From: Paraspadella gotoi
Taxonomy: Eukaryota; Animalia; Chaetognatha
Assembly: GCA_051294375.1 (NCBI GenBank)
Contig: CM119268.1
Coordinates: 23,732,773 to 23,796,772 of the forward strand
Direction: 5' to 3'
Length of the DNA stretch: 64,000 bases
Position numbers and translations under genes: made by a program. The notes under the pieces were generated by a model. It saw only the letters and a program-made list of their open reading frames with translations, searched no databases and was not told the origin of the DNA. Each line of letters begins with the position of its first letter. Within the stretch, counting starts at the first letter, position 1. Below, piece after piece: positions 11,501 to 23,526 of the stretch.

Positions 11501-14500
11501 ATAAAAAACCTCAAACTTGGTCGGGACGTGCAATTTCTTGGTGTCCAAATCGCAGGCGGCGTCCAGGGTCGTCATGACGATAATAGAGACGAAGACGCTG
11601 AAGTCTGAGAGAACGGATCTGACTCGAGTCGGGAAGAACCGGGAGAATTTGAAGAATTTGAGAGAATAAGCGATGGTGAAGGTACCTGGGATTTTGGGGA
11701 AGGGGAGAGGGGAAAGGTAGTGGGGATTGGGGAACGGGGGTAGGGAGGGTAAGTAGGGGGGAGGAGGAGGGGATTGGGAAATGGGGAAGTAGGGGTAGGG
11801 AAGGTAAGTAGAGGGGAGGAGATATCAGGGTGGGGAAGATTAATCGGTGAGATTTTTGATTGATTGGTTGATTGATTGATTGATTGGTTCATTCATTCAT
11901 TAATTCATTCATTCATTGGATCATTTGTTCATTCATTCAAAAAATTATTTACTTAATCACCCAATATTTAATTCACTCATTTAATTATTTATTCATTCAT
12001 TCCATTAATAATTTAATAACTTAATAAATCCATTATTCATTCATTCATTGATTTATTAATTCATTCAATCATTCACTCACTCATTTAAAAATCTATTAAT
12101 TCCATTAATTCATTCATTCGTTCGTTCACCAAATTACCCAAAAACAAAAGAACAGAAAAGAGAAAAACGTCCGGAACATAAATGATTTCGGATAAATTTC
12201 CAACCGTCGAGTTTTCTGCGTTTATCGTCGTCGTCATCGTCGTCGTCGTCGTCGCGATTTTCTGTAAAGAAAAAAAAGGCAAGAGAGAGATTTTTAAGGC
12301 TTTATATTCGGAAATCGCCCAGTTCAGCTAAAATTTATAATTATGAAAAAAGTTTAGAATTAATTTTTTTTGTTTTAAATTTTTGCATTAGGGATTAAGA
12401 ATTATATTTTTGGGTTTTATGGTTATTGGATAAAATATTTGGTAAAAAAATAGGTTAAAAATTAATATTAAAATTGAAAAAACATAAATATTTTAAAAAC
12501 ATGTTTTTTTTTTAATTTATGTAGGATGCGCATAAACGATTAAAACTTATCTTTTGATATAATATAAACATTTTTAACTATTTATCCTCTTTTCTTTACC
12601 AAAAACCTTAATCTCAAACCTTAATCCATCACCAAATCTTTATATCCAAATCTTTACCCCAACGCTTAACCCTAATCCTCAACTCCGAATCTAATCTTTA
12701 AATCCAAAACCTAAAATTGGGACCATTTGAAAAATAAGGCCACGGTTTTTTCACCTGAATTTCTGACGTCGAATTTGAAGTGAATATTTCCTGATCTTCA
12801 GTCGCGTGATCTCTTGAAATTAAAAGAAGGAAGGAAATAAAAAAATAATCAACTCAAAATTGAAAAAAAAAGAACAAAAAGTAGAAAATTTCATATTTAA
12901 TGAAACAACTTATTCAATTTTACAATTTGATTGATTGATTGATTTATTTATTTATTTATTTAGCCTCGAATTTCATAGCAGGACGCTGCCCCCGCAAACT
13001 TTCAATCAAGACTCTCTCCCAGTCTTGTTTATTCACTCTCAGAGTATCTGGCTTTCTTAACATTGAAAGTGTCTCATATTTCTATAAAACTTTTCAATTT
13101 TAATAATGATAAGAACAACAAGAACCCGTACCTGAGGTGATCGTACTTGACGTGCATCTCGAATGGAGTCAGATCGTACAGAGAAAAGAGAGACTTGAAC
13201 GATTCGTACATGAAGATGATCGCAATCAGTGTGGCGAAACACTCTTCTGTGAATCGAGTTATGAAGACAACGAGGAATGAAAGATCCGCCGCTGTGCAGG
13301 ATTTAGAAGGAGGAAGGAAACCAGGTCCGGTCCAGAATCGGAAGGGAGGTAGCTAGGAGGGAGGGGAAGGAGAAGAGAGAGAAGGGAGGGGAGGGAGGAA
13401 GAAGAGGATAAAGAGAGGGAGGGAGAGGGAGCGCGAGAGAGAGAGAGGGAGGAAGAGGGGGAGGAGAGAGAGAGGATGGGAGAGAGAAAGAGGAGAGAGA
13501 GGGGGGGGAGGAAGAGAGAGAGGGAGAAGGAGAGAGAGAGGAAGAGGAGGGAGGGAGGAAGAGGAGGGATCAAGAGAGGGAGAAAGAGAGGAAGAGGGGG
13601 AAGAGAGAAAATGAGAAAGAGGAAGAACGTAAAATGATGGGGAGAGAAAAAAAATGAACTGTTTAAACTTTGATTAAATGATTGAGTCTTTAATGACTAA
13701 AATGACGCAATAATGCAATGAGATAACAATCTCACTTGAGATCATAAGTTTGGCAGATCTGATAAGTGATTGATTCAAAGACGAGAATCGGTCCCGTGCA
13801 GCCGAGGATCGTCAACGGCTGCGCTGCTGTTAAAGCGTAAAAGCAGCCGCAGATGGCAGCAGCAAATAGCCCTTCCTCAGTTCCGATCCAATTCTGTGGA
13901 AACAAATGGGATGAATATATTCTTTACAATATGATGAATAAAATTATATATATATATCTCTCTCTCTCTCGCTCTCTCTTTCGCTCTCTCACCTCTGTAG
14001 CTTCCGCGTGAATTCCACCAAATGTGATCTGTGACGAAAGACAAGCGAAATAAATGAAGAAAAATGAGGCGAGGCATTTTAAATTGAAAGCGTCTTTAAT
14101 GTCGGAAAGATAAAAGGGAAGCTTCCGTTTGATGTCGCCGACAAAGCCGCCGAATGGGCGACCGCTTGGGAGAAGGCCTGAGAGAGAGAGAGACGGATAG
14201 AAGGAAGGAACGAATAGAAAGAGAGCATTAGAAGTTTCACAAAATTGTCCCAGGAGCCGAATTCGAACCAGCGACCTAAGGATTACTGACCGGTACCAAC
14301 TACAGTCCTCCGCTCTACCAACTGAGCTATCGTGGGAATGACGATAACTCTCTATTTTCACACCAACTTTAAGCATTTCCCTCTTTTTAACCACCACTTT
14401 TTACCATTTCCCCCTTTTTACCACCAATCCATATGCCATTACCCTTTTCCCACTCACCGCCTCGCGCCACTCCTTTAGCCGCTCCTCTTCCCCTTCCACA

Positions 14501-17500
14501 GCAGACTTCGGCTGGAGAAGAGGATCTTCCAGCATTTTCGTCAATTCCGTAGGGATTCTCTTTCTCGCTCAAAAGTCTAAAGGAAGGAGAAGAAGATGAT
14601 GATGTTGATGATGATGATGATGATGCTGATATATGATGATGATGATGATGATGATGATGACAATCACCAGCCCACATCAACATGAAACCTGACAGAATTG
14701 AGTCCTCTTAAACTGGAGGGGAGATTTCTCAGGCGGTTCCATCTGGTCTCTGGATCCCAAGATGCTGGAGGCAAAAAGGTCGAAGAAGATTTGAATTCGT
14801 CGATGGCTGAGATGAGAGAAGAGGCGGAGTGGGAGGAGAAGGCCGTCTCTCTTGTGTGGGGTAGGGAGAGAAGGGAGAGAGGAGAGGGAAGGGGGAAAGA
14901 GAAAGAAGGAAGGGAAAATGAAGGAAGAAAAATATTATTATCAAGTAAAACGTTTGTTCAATAACAGTTTGTTCGTCGTAAAAACGAAACCCTTAAAAAA
15001 GAAGATTTTTCCCTCGAGCCGGAGTCGAACCAGCGACCTAAGGATTACTGACTACCAACTACAGTCCTCCGCTCTACCAACTGAGCTATCGAGGGATGAT
15101 ATTTAAGTGACCAATTATTTATGACAAATATTCACATTTTAATGCCTTCTTCGGATCAAATGTTGAACAATTATTTAACTTAAATACGTGGAGCCAGGTT
15201 AATTTAAAAGTCCCTGGAATTTTATTGGTTGTATATTGTACATTAGGGTGGAGTGATGAAAAGATTGAGTGATTAAACATTATTTTTTTGCTGCCTATGG
15301 ACATATAATTAAAGAATTTTAAATCCTTTTAAAAATTTTTTTAGCATAACAGTCCATTTCAACTCAAAAAATTTTGGAAAATAAAAGGAAAAACGTAGAA
15401 AATTTTCAATTTATTTTAATGAAACAACTTATTCAATTTAACATTTTATTTTATATTTATTTTATTTGAGCCTCGGGAATTTTCATAGCAGGGGAAGCTG
15501 GGCCCTCCGCAAACTTTCAATCAAGACTCTCTCCCAGTCTTGTTTATTCAATCTCAGAGTATTGGCTTCTAAACATGAAAGTGTCTATATTTATATTTAT
15601 AAATGATAACCAAACAAAGGAGAACCTCGTCCTGAGATGATCGTAACTTGAGTGCAATACTCGAATGGAGTAGATCGTAAAGAGACAACGACGCAGACTC
15701 TCGCACCATCGTCACATGAAGATGATCAATCAGTGTGCTCGCAAAAACACTCTTCCCGTGAATCGATTATGAAGACAACGAGAATGAACAGATCCGCCGC
15801 TGTGCAGATTAGAAGGAGGAAGGACCACCAAGGTGCCGGTCCAGAAATCGGCAGGAAGGTAGCTAGGGAGGGAGCCGCGCGGAAGAGACGCAAGCACCGA
15901 CGCGACCGACGCGCAGGGGGAGAGAAGAGAGGGGATAAAGACGAGGAGGATGACTGGAGCGAGAGAGAGGGGAGGAAGAAGGGGGAGGAGGAAGCACGAG
16001 GGGAGGGAGAGAGGAAGAGGGGAAGAGAGGAAGAGAGAAAGAGGCAGAACAGGGAGGGAGGAGGGAGGAGCAGAGGCGAAAGAGGAGAAGAGAGAGAGAG
16101 GAAATAGGCGCACCGGCGGGCCCGAGGAGGCAAGCAGAGGTTCAAGAGAGGGAGAAGGAGGGAAGAGGGGAGAGAGAAAATGAGAAGAGGAATACTTAAA
16201 ATTGATGGGGAGAGAAAAAAAATGAACTGTTTAAACTTTGATTAAATTATGACGCTAATAAGTACAATGAATATAACAATCTCACTTGAGATCAAAGTTT
16301 GGCCAGATCTGATAAGTGATTGATTCAAAGACGAGATCCGTCCCGTGCAGCCGAGGATGTCAACCGGCTGCGCTGCTGTTAAAGCGTAAAAGCAGCCGCA
16401 GATGGCAGCAGCAAATAGCCTTCTCAGTTCCGATCCAATTCTGTGGAAACAAATGGGATGAATATATTCTTTACAATATGATGAATAAAATTTATATATC
16501 TCCTCTCTCTCTCGCTCTCTCTTTCGCTCTCTCACTCCGTAGCTTCCGCGTGAATTCCACCAAATGTGATCTGTGACGAAAGACAACGAAATAAATGAAG
16601 AAAAATGAGGCGAGGCATTTTAAATTGAAAGCGTCTTTAATGTCGGAAAGATAAAAGGGAAGCTCCGTTTGATGTCGCCGACAAAGCCGCCGAATGGGCG
16701 ACCGCTTGGGAGAAGGCTGAGAGAGAGAGAGAGACGGATAGAAGAAGGAACGTAGAAAGAGAGCATTAGAAGTTTCACAAAATTGTCCCACGAGCCGGAT
16801 TCGAACCAGCGACTAAGGATTACTGACGGTACCAACCTAACAGTCCTCCGCTCTACCAACTGAGCTATCTGGGAATGACGATAACTATCTATTTCAACAC
16901 CAACTTTAAGCCATTTCCCTCTTTTTACCATCAACGGATGACTATAAACGGACTTGGTTGGCCTAGTGATGTGATTGCTCGTCTCCTCAAACGAATCATC
17001 AGAATGCCCGACGAATCACAGACTTAGTTCAACCTGAATGACCAATCAACGACAGAGGAACGCGACGGAGGGATTTGATGGTAAAATTGCTTAAAGAGAA
17101 ACTCTGAGGCATTCACCCTTACCCACCAAACTCAAGAAAGAACATTCCTTCAAAATAATTATTGAATGTTAATATTGGTCATCCACCTTTGTCTTAACTT
17201 TGTAATCGTGTCATCAGTTACTATAGTCATCACCCTAATGCATTGTCCGTCATAAAATAACCATTGTCAACCAAATACTTGCACTTATTAATTACCCATC
17301 GTTATTTGACTAAAGTCAACGTTACAACCACTTTTTTACCTTTCCCCTTTTTACACATCCATATGGCCATTACCCTTTCACTCACCGCCCATCCGCGCCA
17401 CTTACCTTTAGCCGCTCCTCTTCCTTTCCACCAGCGACTTCGGCTGGGAAGCAAGGATCTTTCCAGCATTTCGTCCAATTCCGTGGGATTCCCTTCTCGC

Positions 17501-20500
17501 TCAAAAGTCTGAAGGAAGAAAGAAGATGAATGTAATTGATGATGATGATTGATGAGAATCTGATATTAATGATGATGATGAAGATGATGATGACAATCAC
17601 CAGCCACAATCAACATGACACCTGACAGAATTGGTCTCTTAAACTGAGAGGGAGATTTCAGCACGGTTCTACTCTGGTGTCTGGATCCCAAGATGCTGGA
17701 GGCAAAAAGGTCGATGAAGATTTGAATTCGTCGATGGCTGAGATGAGAGAAAGGCGGAGTGGGAGGGAGAAGGCCGTCTCTCTGTGTGGGGTAGGGAGGG
17801 GAGAGAGAGAGGGGAGAGGAAAGGAGAGGGAGAGAGAGAGGGGAGAGAGAGGAGGNNNNNNNNNNNNNNNNNNNNNNNNNATGCCAAATTCAATTCTTTA
17901 TGTAGTAACTATCCCTTATAAAATCGTCAAATTTCAAATAACTTTTTTTTATTTTTAAGAAACTGATTTGGATTTCGCTGTTAAAAAACTAAGACACTTA
18001 TTATAAAATATGTTAATATGATATTTTAATGTTTAGACTCACAAAAAATGACTAAAAACGTTTTAACATATATAAGTTCTATACTACCCAGAGAATAAAA
18101 CAGTTAGGAATTTTCACCTTTTTTCTTATTTAAACATTAAAGATGACAGAATTTTTGATAACCATGATTTATATTTTTGATTCAACTTTTTATGAAGAAA
18201 TCTGAATCTTTTATTAAAATTTTATAAAAATTATTTTAAAAATTTACTATTTTATAAGGATATTACTACAAATATATTATAATTTACTATTCTGTTCCCG
18301 AGATAATATGAACAAAATATTTTGTACTAAGTAATCATACTCATCTCACATCTAAATAATCATTGTTCTCGATCATCAAAAAATTTTTTTTTTCTTGAGT
18401 GCTCCACTCTATTGTACATTTGTATATTGCATATTGACCTCAAAATAATAATAAAAACGACAGAAAAAACTAAAACAAACAACAACAACAACGAAAACCA
18501 CCACAACCTGAAAATTGTCGTCAGTCATGAGAGCTCCCATGCACCTCGCCACCTGTTTGGCCTCATTTCTGCATCTCCTTCGCTTCTGAAGAAAATCGAG
18601 ACGAATTTTGTCGGAATCTCGATTTCTGTTCGACCCTCGAAGAGAAGCGAGGACTTAAGACAATGAAGAGTGTCACTGATTGACCTGTTGGTGAGGGGGA
18701 GTTGGAAAAGGGGGTCACTGATTCGAAGACGGGTCACTGATTGGAAGAGGGGGGTCTCTGATTGACTTGAGGGGGTGATTGTTGGAGAAAGTGAGGTCAG
18801 CGATTGACCTGTTGGGGTTTATTAATTGGGGGAGGTGGGTCACTGATCGCGAGAGGTGGTTACTGATCAGAAGAGGGGTCATTGAGTGGAAAAAGTTTAC
18901 TAATTGGCCTGAGGTGGTGATCGATTGGAAAAAGAGGTCACTGATTGACTTGTCGCGGGTCATTCATTAAAAAATGTGTGTCGAGATGGAGACTGATTGG
19001 ATGAAGGGTACTGATTGACCTTAGAGCCTACTGATTGGAAAAAGGGGTCACTGATATCATCTGGGGTTCATTCTCTAGAAAAAGGGTCAGTCCTTCGAAA
19101 TGGGTCAGTGATGGACCTGTGGGGTGTCAGTGATTGGAAAGATGACCACATGAATAAAAAATAGGGTCATTGATTGGAAAAATAGGGGTCACTGATTGAC
19201 GTGTCGTCAATATGTCAAACCTTTCTCCAGTTCGGCGGCCAACCCGAAAGACGGAATGCCCTTCCGTCCCACGGGGAACTTTTCTCATGAAGGACCTATT
19301 GTATTTGAACTGTTTGGCTTCGGGAGTCAAATCTGGGTCAATGGGACTGGAGGGGGAGAGGCGGGAGAGGGATGAGGAAAGAGGAGGGGGAAGAGTGAAA
19401 GAAGGTAGGAAAGGTTCATCTGTTCATTTGACTACCAATCATACAATCACCACAATCATATTTTAATTCCAATGGCAACCTTTTTCTCTTCAATTTTTAT
19501 CTCCGCTTAAAGTTTTGAATCTTTCGTGTTGATGTTTTTGTTTTTTGGCCAAAATATTTGCAAATCTGAAGGAAGAAAAAAAGTTGAAAAATAAGTAAAT
19601 CTGATTTTATATGAAATTTATCTTGTAAATTCCGGACTATTGAATTGCGTTGCGCGACAAAAGATATTGAAAATATAGGGAATTTTTGTATAAAGAAAAC
19701 CCAATAAAAATAAAGAAAACTTTTTCTCGAGCTGACTCGAACACAGCGACTTAAAGATAACGAACTAGTAGAGGTACAGTCCTCCAATCTACAAAGTGAG
19801 CTGATGGACGGAAAATACAATTAAAGTTCTTCAAAAATTCATTACGATTTATGTTTTGAATTCAAAATTTAGTTTTATGTCAAGTCTGAAACGAAATAGG
19901 CGAGGATGGAGCAAAATTAAACAAGTCTTTTATATCCTCAGACTTGTAACCTGATGGTCAAGTAGTCCCTTGTTTGGCGCGTCTACTAGAAAACTAACCG
20001 AATCAACTTGTTCTTTTGTTAATCGATCACGAATTTTTAGTTTCGCGACAAGATCCGTTAGGTCGCTAATAGTCTTGATCTCCGCATCCAAAACGACGTT
20101 TGATGGCGTCATGAGCTTTCTGACAAAAACAAAAGACATATTGTTGAAATTATAATCAAGTTTCAAAACTTTTAAATCTACTAATATAATTATGTATTTT
20201 TAGTATATATCTTAACCTTAGATGCGATGTACTTTTGTCTAAATTTCACTCCCGCACATTTTAATCACAAAAAAGCGCCTTTCCCGTCGATTTTTACCCT
20301 CGTTGTTCATTTAGTTCAAAAATAAAGTTTCACCTTAAATCCTCTAGAGATTTTAAAGACAAAGTAGCAACGTGAGGTTTGCTCCATCTCTTCGGCTCCT
20401 TCTTCGAACTGGTTTCTTCAAACTCACCATCTGTAAAAAAAAACATCTGTGAAGGATAAGCTGAGGATTACAGACATTTGTCATACGAAATGCTACATTT

Positions 20501-20839
20501 CGTATGCTGCTTTATCTAATTAATATACTTTTTTTTTATAGTGATTTCCAATTTCCAATTTTTACTTTTTGTCACAAAAGTTACTAGTTCACTGCACTAA
20601 TTCATCACAAATAAATATTTAGACTATTCCTTTACCAAACATACATGTCATTGAATCATTCGAAATTCTGTCATAAAAAATGGAGAAATAGTCTTCAAAA
20701 CCTCACAATCACAGTTTAGAGAATACAATGATTTGTGAGTGATGTTTCACAGAATCCTCACCCTTCCTTACTCGCCGTCTCCTTCCAAAAGAATTCATCT
20801 CCTTCTCTCCGAAGTTCAGTCAATTCAGGAACAATTTTT

Positions 20840-20870
<31 letters not shown>

Positions 20871-20885
20871 GGGATCACGTGACAT
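3460..20885 (-). CDS. SLC4: SLC4-family bicarbonate transporter / anion exchanger (multi-exon; some exons frameshifted by probable sequencing errors)
   Basis: Exons: 20885-20771 ([27 protein letters not shown]), 20430-20334 ([12 protein letters not shown]), 20119-19951, about 19419-19221 ([11 protein letters not shown]), 18675-18508, 14850-14689 ([16 protein letters not shown]), 14576-14458, 14177-13993 ([21 protein letters not shown]), 13893-13736 ([17 protein letters not shown]), 13352-13132 ([10 protein letters not shown]), 12812-12755, 12261-12138, 11685-11510, 10947-10776 (LIFMDQTIT), 10232-10144 (GYHLDL), 9836-9678, 9529-9311 ([14 protein letters not shown]). Terminal exon [24 protein letters not shown] starts at 4860 or 3678. 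Exact stop codon not resolved. Confidence 0.95.
6154..6390 (+). other. Inverted copy of the SLC4 terminal exon
   Basis: CCCAG|GAAACGAGCATCGTCTTCCCAGTG... is the reverse complement of the exon starting at 3678 and 4860. Confidence 0.85.
7507..9103 (+). CDS. Orphan helical protein of about 167-174 aa; 5-exon gene nested antisense in the last SLC4 intron
   Basis: Exons 7507-7542, 7839-7953, 8061-8177, 8457-8613 and 9025-9103 all have GT-AG boundaries with matching phases (0,1,1,2). They total 504 nt ending in TAA: [43 protein letters not shown]...[14 protein letters not shown]. The duplicate of exon 1 near 4650 has an upstream in-frame ATG (MTSTPNS). Confidence 0.8.
8307..8388 (-). tRNA. tRNA-Ser(TGA)
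   Basis: GCAGTGATGGCCGAGTGGTTAAGGCGTCTGACTTGAAATCAGATAGGGTTTCCCTGCGTAGGTTCAAATCCTGCTCACTGCG, 82 nt, long variable arm. Confidence 0.92.
8639..8876. mobile_element. Telomere-like TIR element copy (CCCTAA interior) in intron 4 of the nested gene
   Basis: CCCTAA/CCTAAT arrays ending TTTCTGAGAAAACAAGGCC; the left TIR is degenerate. Confidence 0.5.
9188..9269 (-). tRNA. tRNA-Ser(CGA)
   Basis: Same body as the 8307 tRNA, with anticodon arm TCTGA-CTCGAAA-TCAGA and a GGTTCGAATCC T-loop. Confidence 0.95.
11330..11500. mobile_element. Partial telomere-like TIR element next to an SLC4 splice donor
   Basis: CCCTAA repeats ending GGGACGTTCTCGCAAAATAAGGTC. Confidence 0.55.
12298..12741. mobile_element. 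Telomere-like TIR element filling most of an SLC4 intron
   Basis: GGCTTTATATTCGGAAATCGCCCAG ... TGGGACCATTTGAAAAATAAGGCC. The left half is TTAGGG-like and the right half CCCTAA-like. Confidence 0.55.
14248..14336 (-). tRNA. tRNA-Tyr(GTA) with 16-nt intron
   Basis: CCCACGATAGCTCAGTTGGTAGAGCGGAGGACTGTAG-[TTGGTACCGGTCAGTA]-ATCCTTAGGTCGCTGGTTCGAATTCGGCTCCTGGGA, 73 nt mature. One acceptor-stem mismatch; the 3' strand of the 16786 copy has the pairing base. Confidence 0.9.
15010..15095 (-). tRNA. tRNA-Tyr(GTA) with 13-nt intron
   Basis: CCCTCGATAGCTCAGTTGGTAGAGCGGAGGACTGTAG-[TTGGTAGTCAGTA]-ATCCTTAGGTCGCTGGTTCGACTCCGGCTCGAGGGA. Confidence 0.95.
15370..17855 (-). repeat. Error-rich duplicate of SLC4 block about 12855-14900 (5 exons plus tRNA-Tyr)
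   Basis: Colinear with the first block, with many 1-nt indels; ends at an N gap. Confidence 0.9.
16786..16873 (-). tRNA. Duplicate of the tRNA-Tyr at 14248 (indel-damaged copy)
   Basis: Same flanks and body as 14248-14336, with indels in the arms. Confidence 0.7.
18676..19220. repeat. Degenerate ~20-bp minisatellite (GGGGTCACTGATTGGAAAAA-like) filling a whole SLC4 intron; copy at 26780-27332
   Basis: Repeated GTCACTGATTG core from the acceptor almost to the donor. Confidence 0.85.
19723..19811 (-). pseudogene. Decayed tRNA-Tyr-like pseudogene in an SLC4 intron; truncated copy at 27837-27904
   Basis: Reverse complement ...AGCTCACTTTGTAGATTGGAGGACTGTAC...ATCTTTAAGTCGCTGTGTTCGAGTCAGCTCGAG aligns to the Tyr genes but the stems are broken. 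Confidence 0.7.
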
Positions 20886-21045
20886 ATTTGACGAATCGAT
20901 CTTCTTTTTTTTAGTCAAAATTTCGACGAAAACCGGAAAAAAAGAAAGAAAATTTGCACTGAGAAATTGAAGAGAAATTAAAAAGCTGATTTTGATGTTT
21001 TTTGGTTTAAGAATAGAAAAGAAGAGAAAGTGAAGGCTCTCTTCT

Positions 21046-21081
<36 letters not shown>

Positions 21082-21491
21082 CCTCTTCTCTCTCTCTCTC
21101 TCTCTTTAATCTTTCTCTTTTGGATAGAATATAATATTTTTTTCTTGAATTAAGTAGTTTTAAAAAACTAGGGACATTTTAAAATTAGTATTTAAATGCT
21201 AACCCTAACCCTAACCCTAATTTAAGTTTTACTCCATAATTTATGATATATACGTATATAATTATATAAACCTATTACATTCCTTAAAAGAAACACAAAT
21301 AGTACAGATCTGTCAAAAAAAGTTTAATAGTTAATAGTTATGATAAAAACATTTATTTCATTATTTGAAAAAAAAAATACTTCTTAGGACTCATTTAATT
21401 AATATGGTATGGGACCACCATTTGCTTCCAGCACCGCGATTAAAGTATGGGGTTCAAAGTTAAACTTTTTTTGACCAGATCTGTATTTCAG

Positions 21492-23205
21492 ATGTAGTAG
21501 AATTCAAGACGTCGAAAAATATTACAAAAATGATTGTTTCTCAAAATTCGAGATAATTATTAATATTAGCATAAAACAAATCAGCCTTTGGACTCATGGA
21601 AGATTTCAGATTTTTTTTCATCGTCAAAATTTCAACAAGGAGAATCCAGGTTGACTTTTTCTCAGTGGGAGACGCGAATACTTACTCTCGCCGGAACAGG
21701 GTAAGTCAAAGGGTAAGTTAATCTTAATCAGGAACAGAAACAAATCCACGATCTGAGGTCGAAAGAGGAATTTATGAAAAGAGAAAAAAATAAGGAAACG
21801 AAAGTTTAAAGTGTAGCGTTGAATTAATTTCGTTTTTATGAAATGGTCAACCAATATAAAAGTTTGTTATTCATTAATAAATAAGCTATTGCCCTAACTT
21901 TGGCTTTGGTGGTTTAAGGCCTCCATCACTCTTTTGTATGATCGTTTCCCAAAATGATCATGTATACTAATTTAAAAAATATTAAATAACTAAAATCTCG
22001 TTAGGTATATTCTGTTGGCCAAGTATAATTTTGTGTGGTTTTAATGGCAAATAAATTATTCTTTTTTCTAGTTATATAGTATGCCTTATATCTCTTTAAT
22101 AAAAAATTTCCCCATCTCCCCTTATTAAATAGATGCCTTTACCAAGATATCGAACCCGTATCTTCATTGCCCTAATAAGATTATTAATAACATTTCGCCA
22201 TCGGGCTCTTTACATGTTAGATGTTGTATTATTATCTATTCTGACATCACTAACTATAATGGCCATATTTATAAGTTCCCTAGAAAGAGCAGACTGCTTG
22301 TTTACATAGGAAATAACGACATCTAAGTGATGCCTATATTCTGATACTGTTCACTTTCACTATTATACGGTTCAATATTCACCTATTTTAGTTCATGTCA
22401 TGTATCGTTATCCACAATATAACCTCTATTCTATATTATAACGTAACGAAAAGAAAGGAAAATAAGACTATTTTAGTTATATAACCATATTTTTAATTAA
22501 TTTAATCATCATTACTAATATACAACGTAAAACATATGCGCAATGAGGAGTTTCAAAATACATTACCTATCTGCTAAGTATTGATCAAAATATCTCACCA
22601 TGAGTCAGTTATTTATATTCAAATATATGTAAAATACCAAGGCCAGATGACTAGCAACCGACGACAATACATACCTAAGTATCTTATGAAGTTTCTTCGC
22701 ATTCGCAAGTAAAAAAAAAAACGTATTTCTTTCTCTCTAATTGAAGTTGACAGACAAAATCGGGGACAGAATTTCCATTTTAAGTTAAAGTCGATTTGTC
22801 AAAAAAAGTCTCGGATTTTCTACAATTGAAAAGTAGAAAAGAAACTGAAATTGAGAAGGAGACAATGAAAGAAAAAGAAGAAGAATGAGAAGAAAGAAGC
22901 TAATGATTAAGAAGGATGACGATAAAAAGAAGAGATTATTAAGGAGACAATGAAAGTACTTAATCGAAACTGAAGAAGTTATTTAATTGAGTCAAAACGA
23001 GTTTTGCTATTAAACTCCTAATCAATTTGATAAAATTGTTTTGAAAAGTTCGTTTCAATCATTAGATGAATTAAAGAAATTCGGTTGAAGCAGAAAAAAG
23101 CAAAATAAAAGCAGAACAATGCCTAAAGCGGAGACTAGATAAAGCCGAGTATAAAAAATGTGACTTTTGTCTTTGAGAGTCGAAACGCAGAATAATAAAT
23201 CATAG
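21492..23205 (+). other. Possible frameshifted exons of an unidentified gene divergent from SLC4 (copy about 29572-31330)
   Basis: TTTCAG acceptor at 21491 and AGG|GTAAGT donor near 21700. A K/E-rich coding-like stretch at 22745-23205 (..LLLNSNQLDKICFESSFQSLDELKKIR..KIKAEQCLKRRLDKAE..) is open only when the two copies are merged. Confidence 0.35.
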
Positions 23206-23451
23206 TGATATTAGTTAAATATTTACAATATATAGAAAACGCGTAATACAAAAAACAGTCGATAATAAAGGAAAAAAAATTCTAAAAAATATTTAACAAC
23301 AAAAACAAAAAAAACTTTTTTTTTCGACGTTTAATGTTCAAAACACAAAATAGTTTAATTATGTATACTTCAAACTGGGGAATAAATAACAGCTGAAGTC
23401 CTTTAATTGAATGAATTATATTGTGAGAGCTCTCTCTGACTCTGTCTCGTT

Positions 23452-23526
<75 letters not shown>

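Larger units (their letters stand above)
15244..18411. mobile_element. hAT-like DNA transposon ends with 8-bp TSD TTGTACAT
   Basis: TTGTACAT|TAGGGTGGAG (15236-15253) and CTCCACTCTA|TTGTACAT (18402-18419). The homologous empty site with a single TTGTACAT is at 26518-26525. Confidence 0.65.

Noticed and set aside
16786-16873. tRNA with altered anticodon (possible suppressor)
   Set aside because: It lies in the indel-rich duplicate; the matching copy at 14248 has a normal GTA anticodon.
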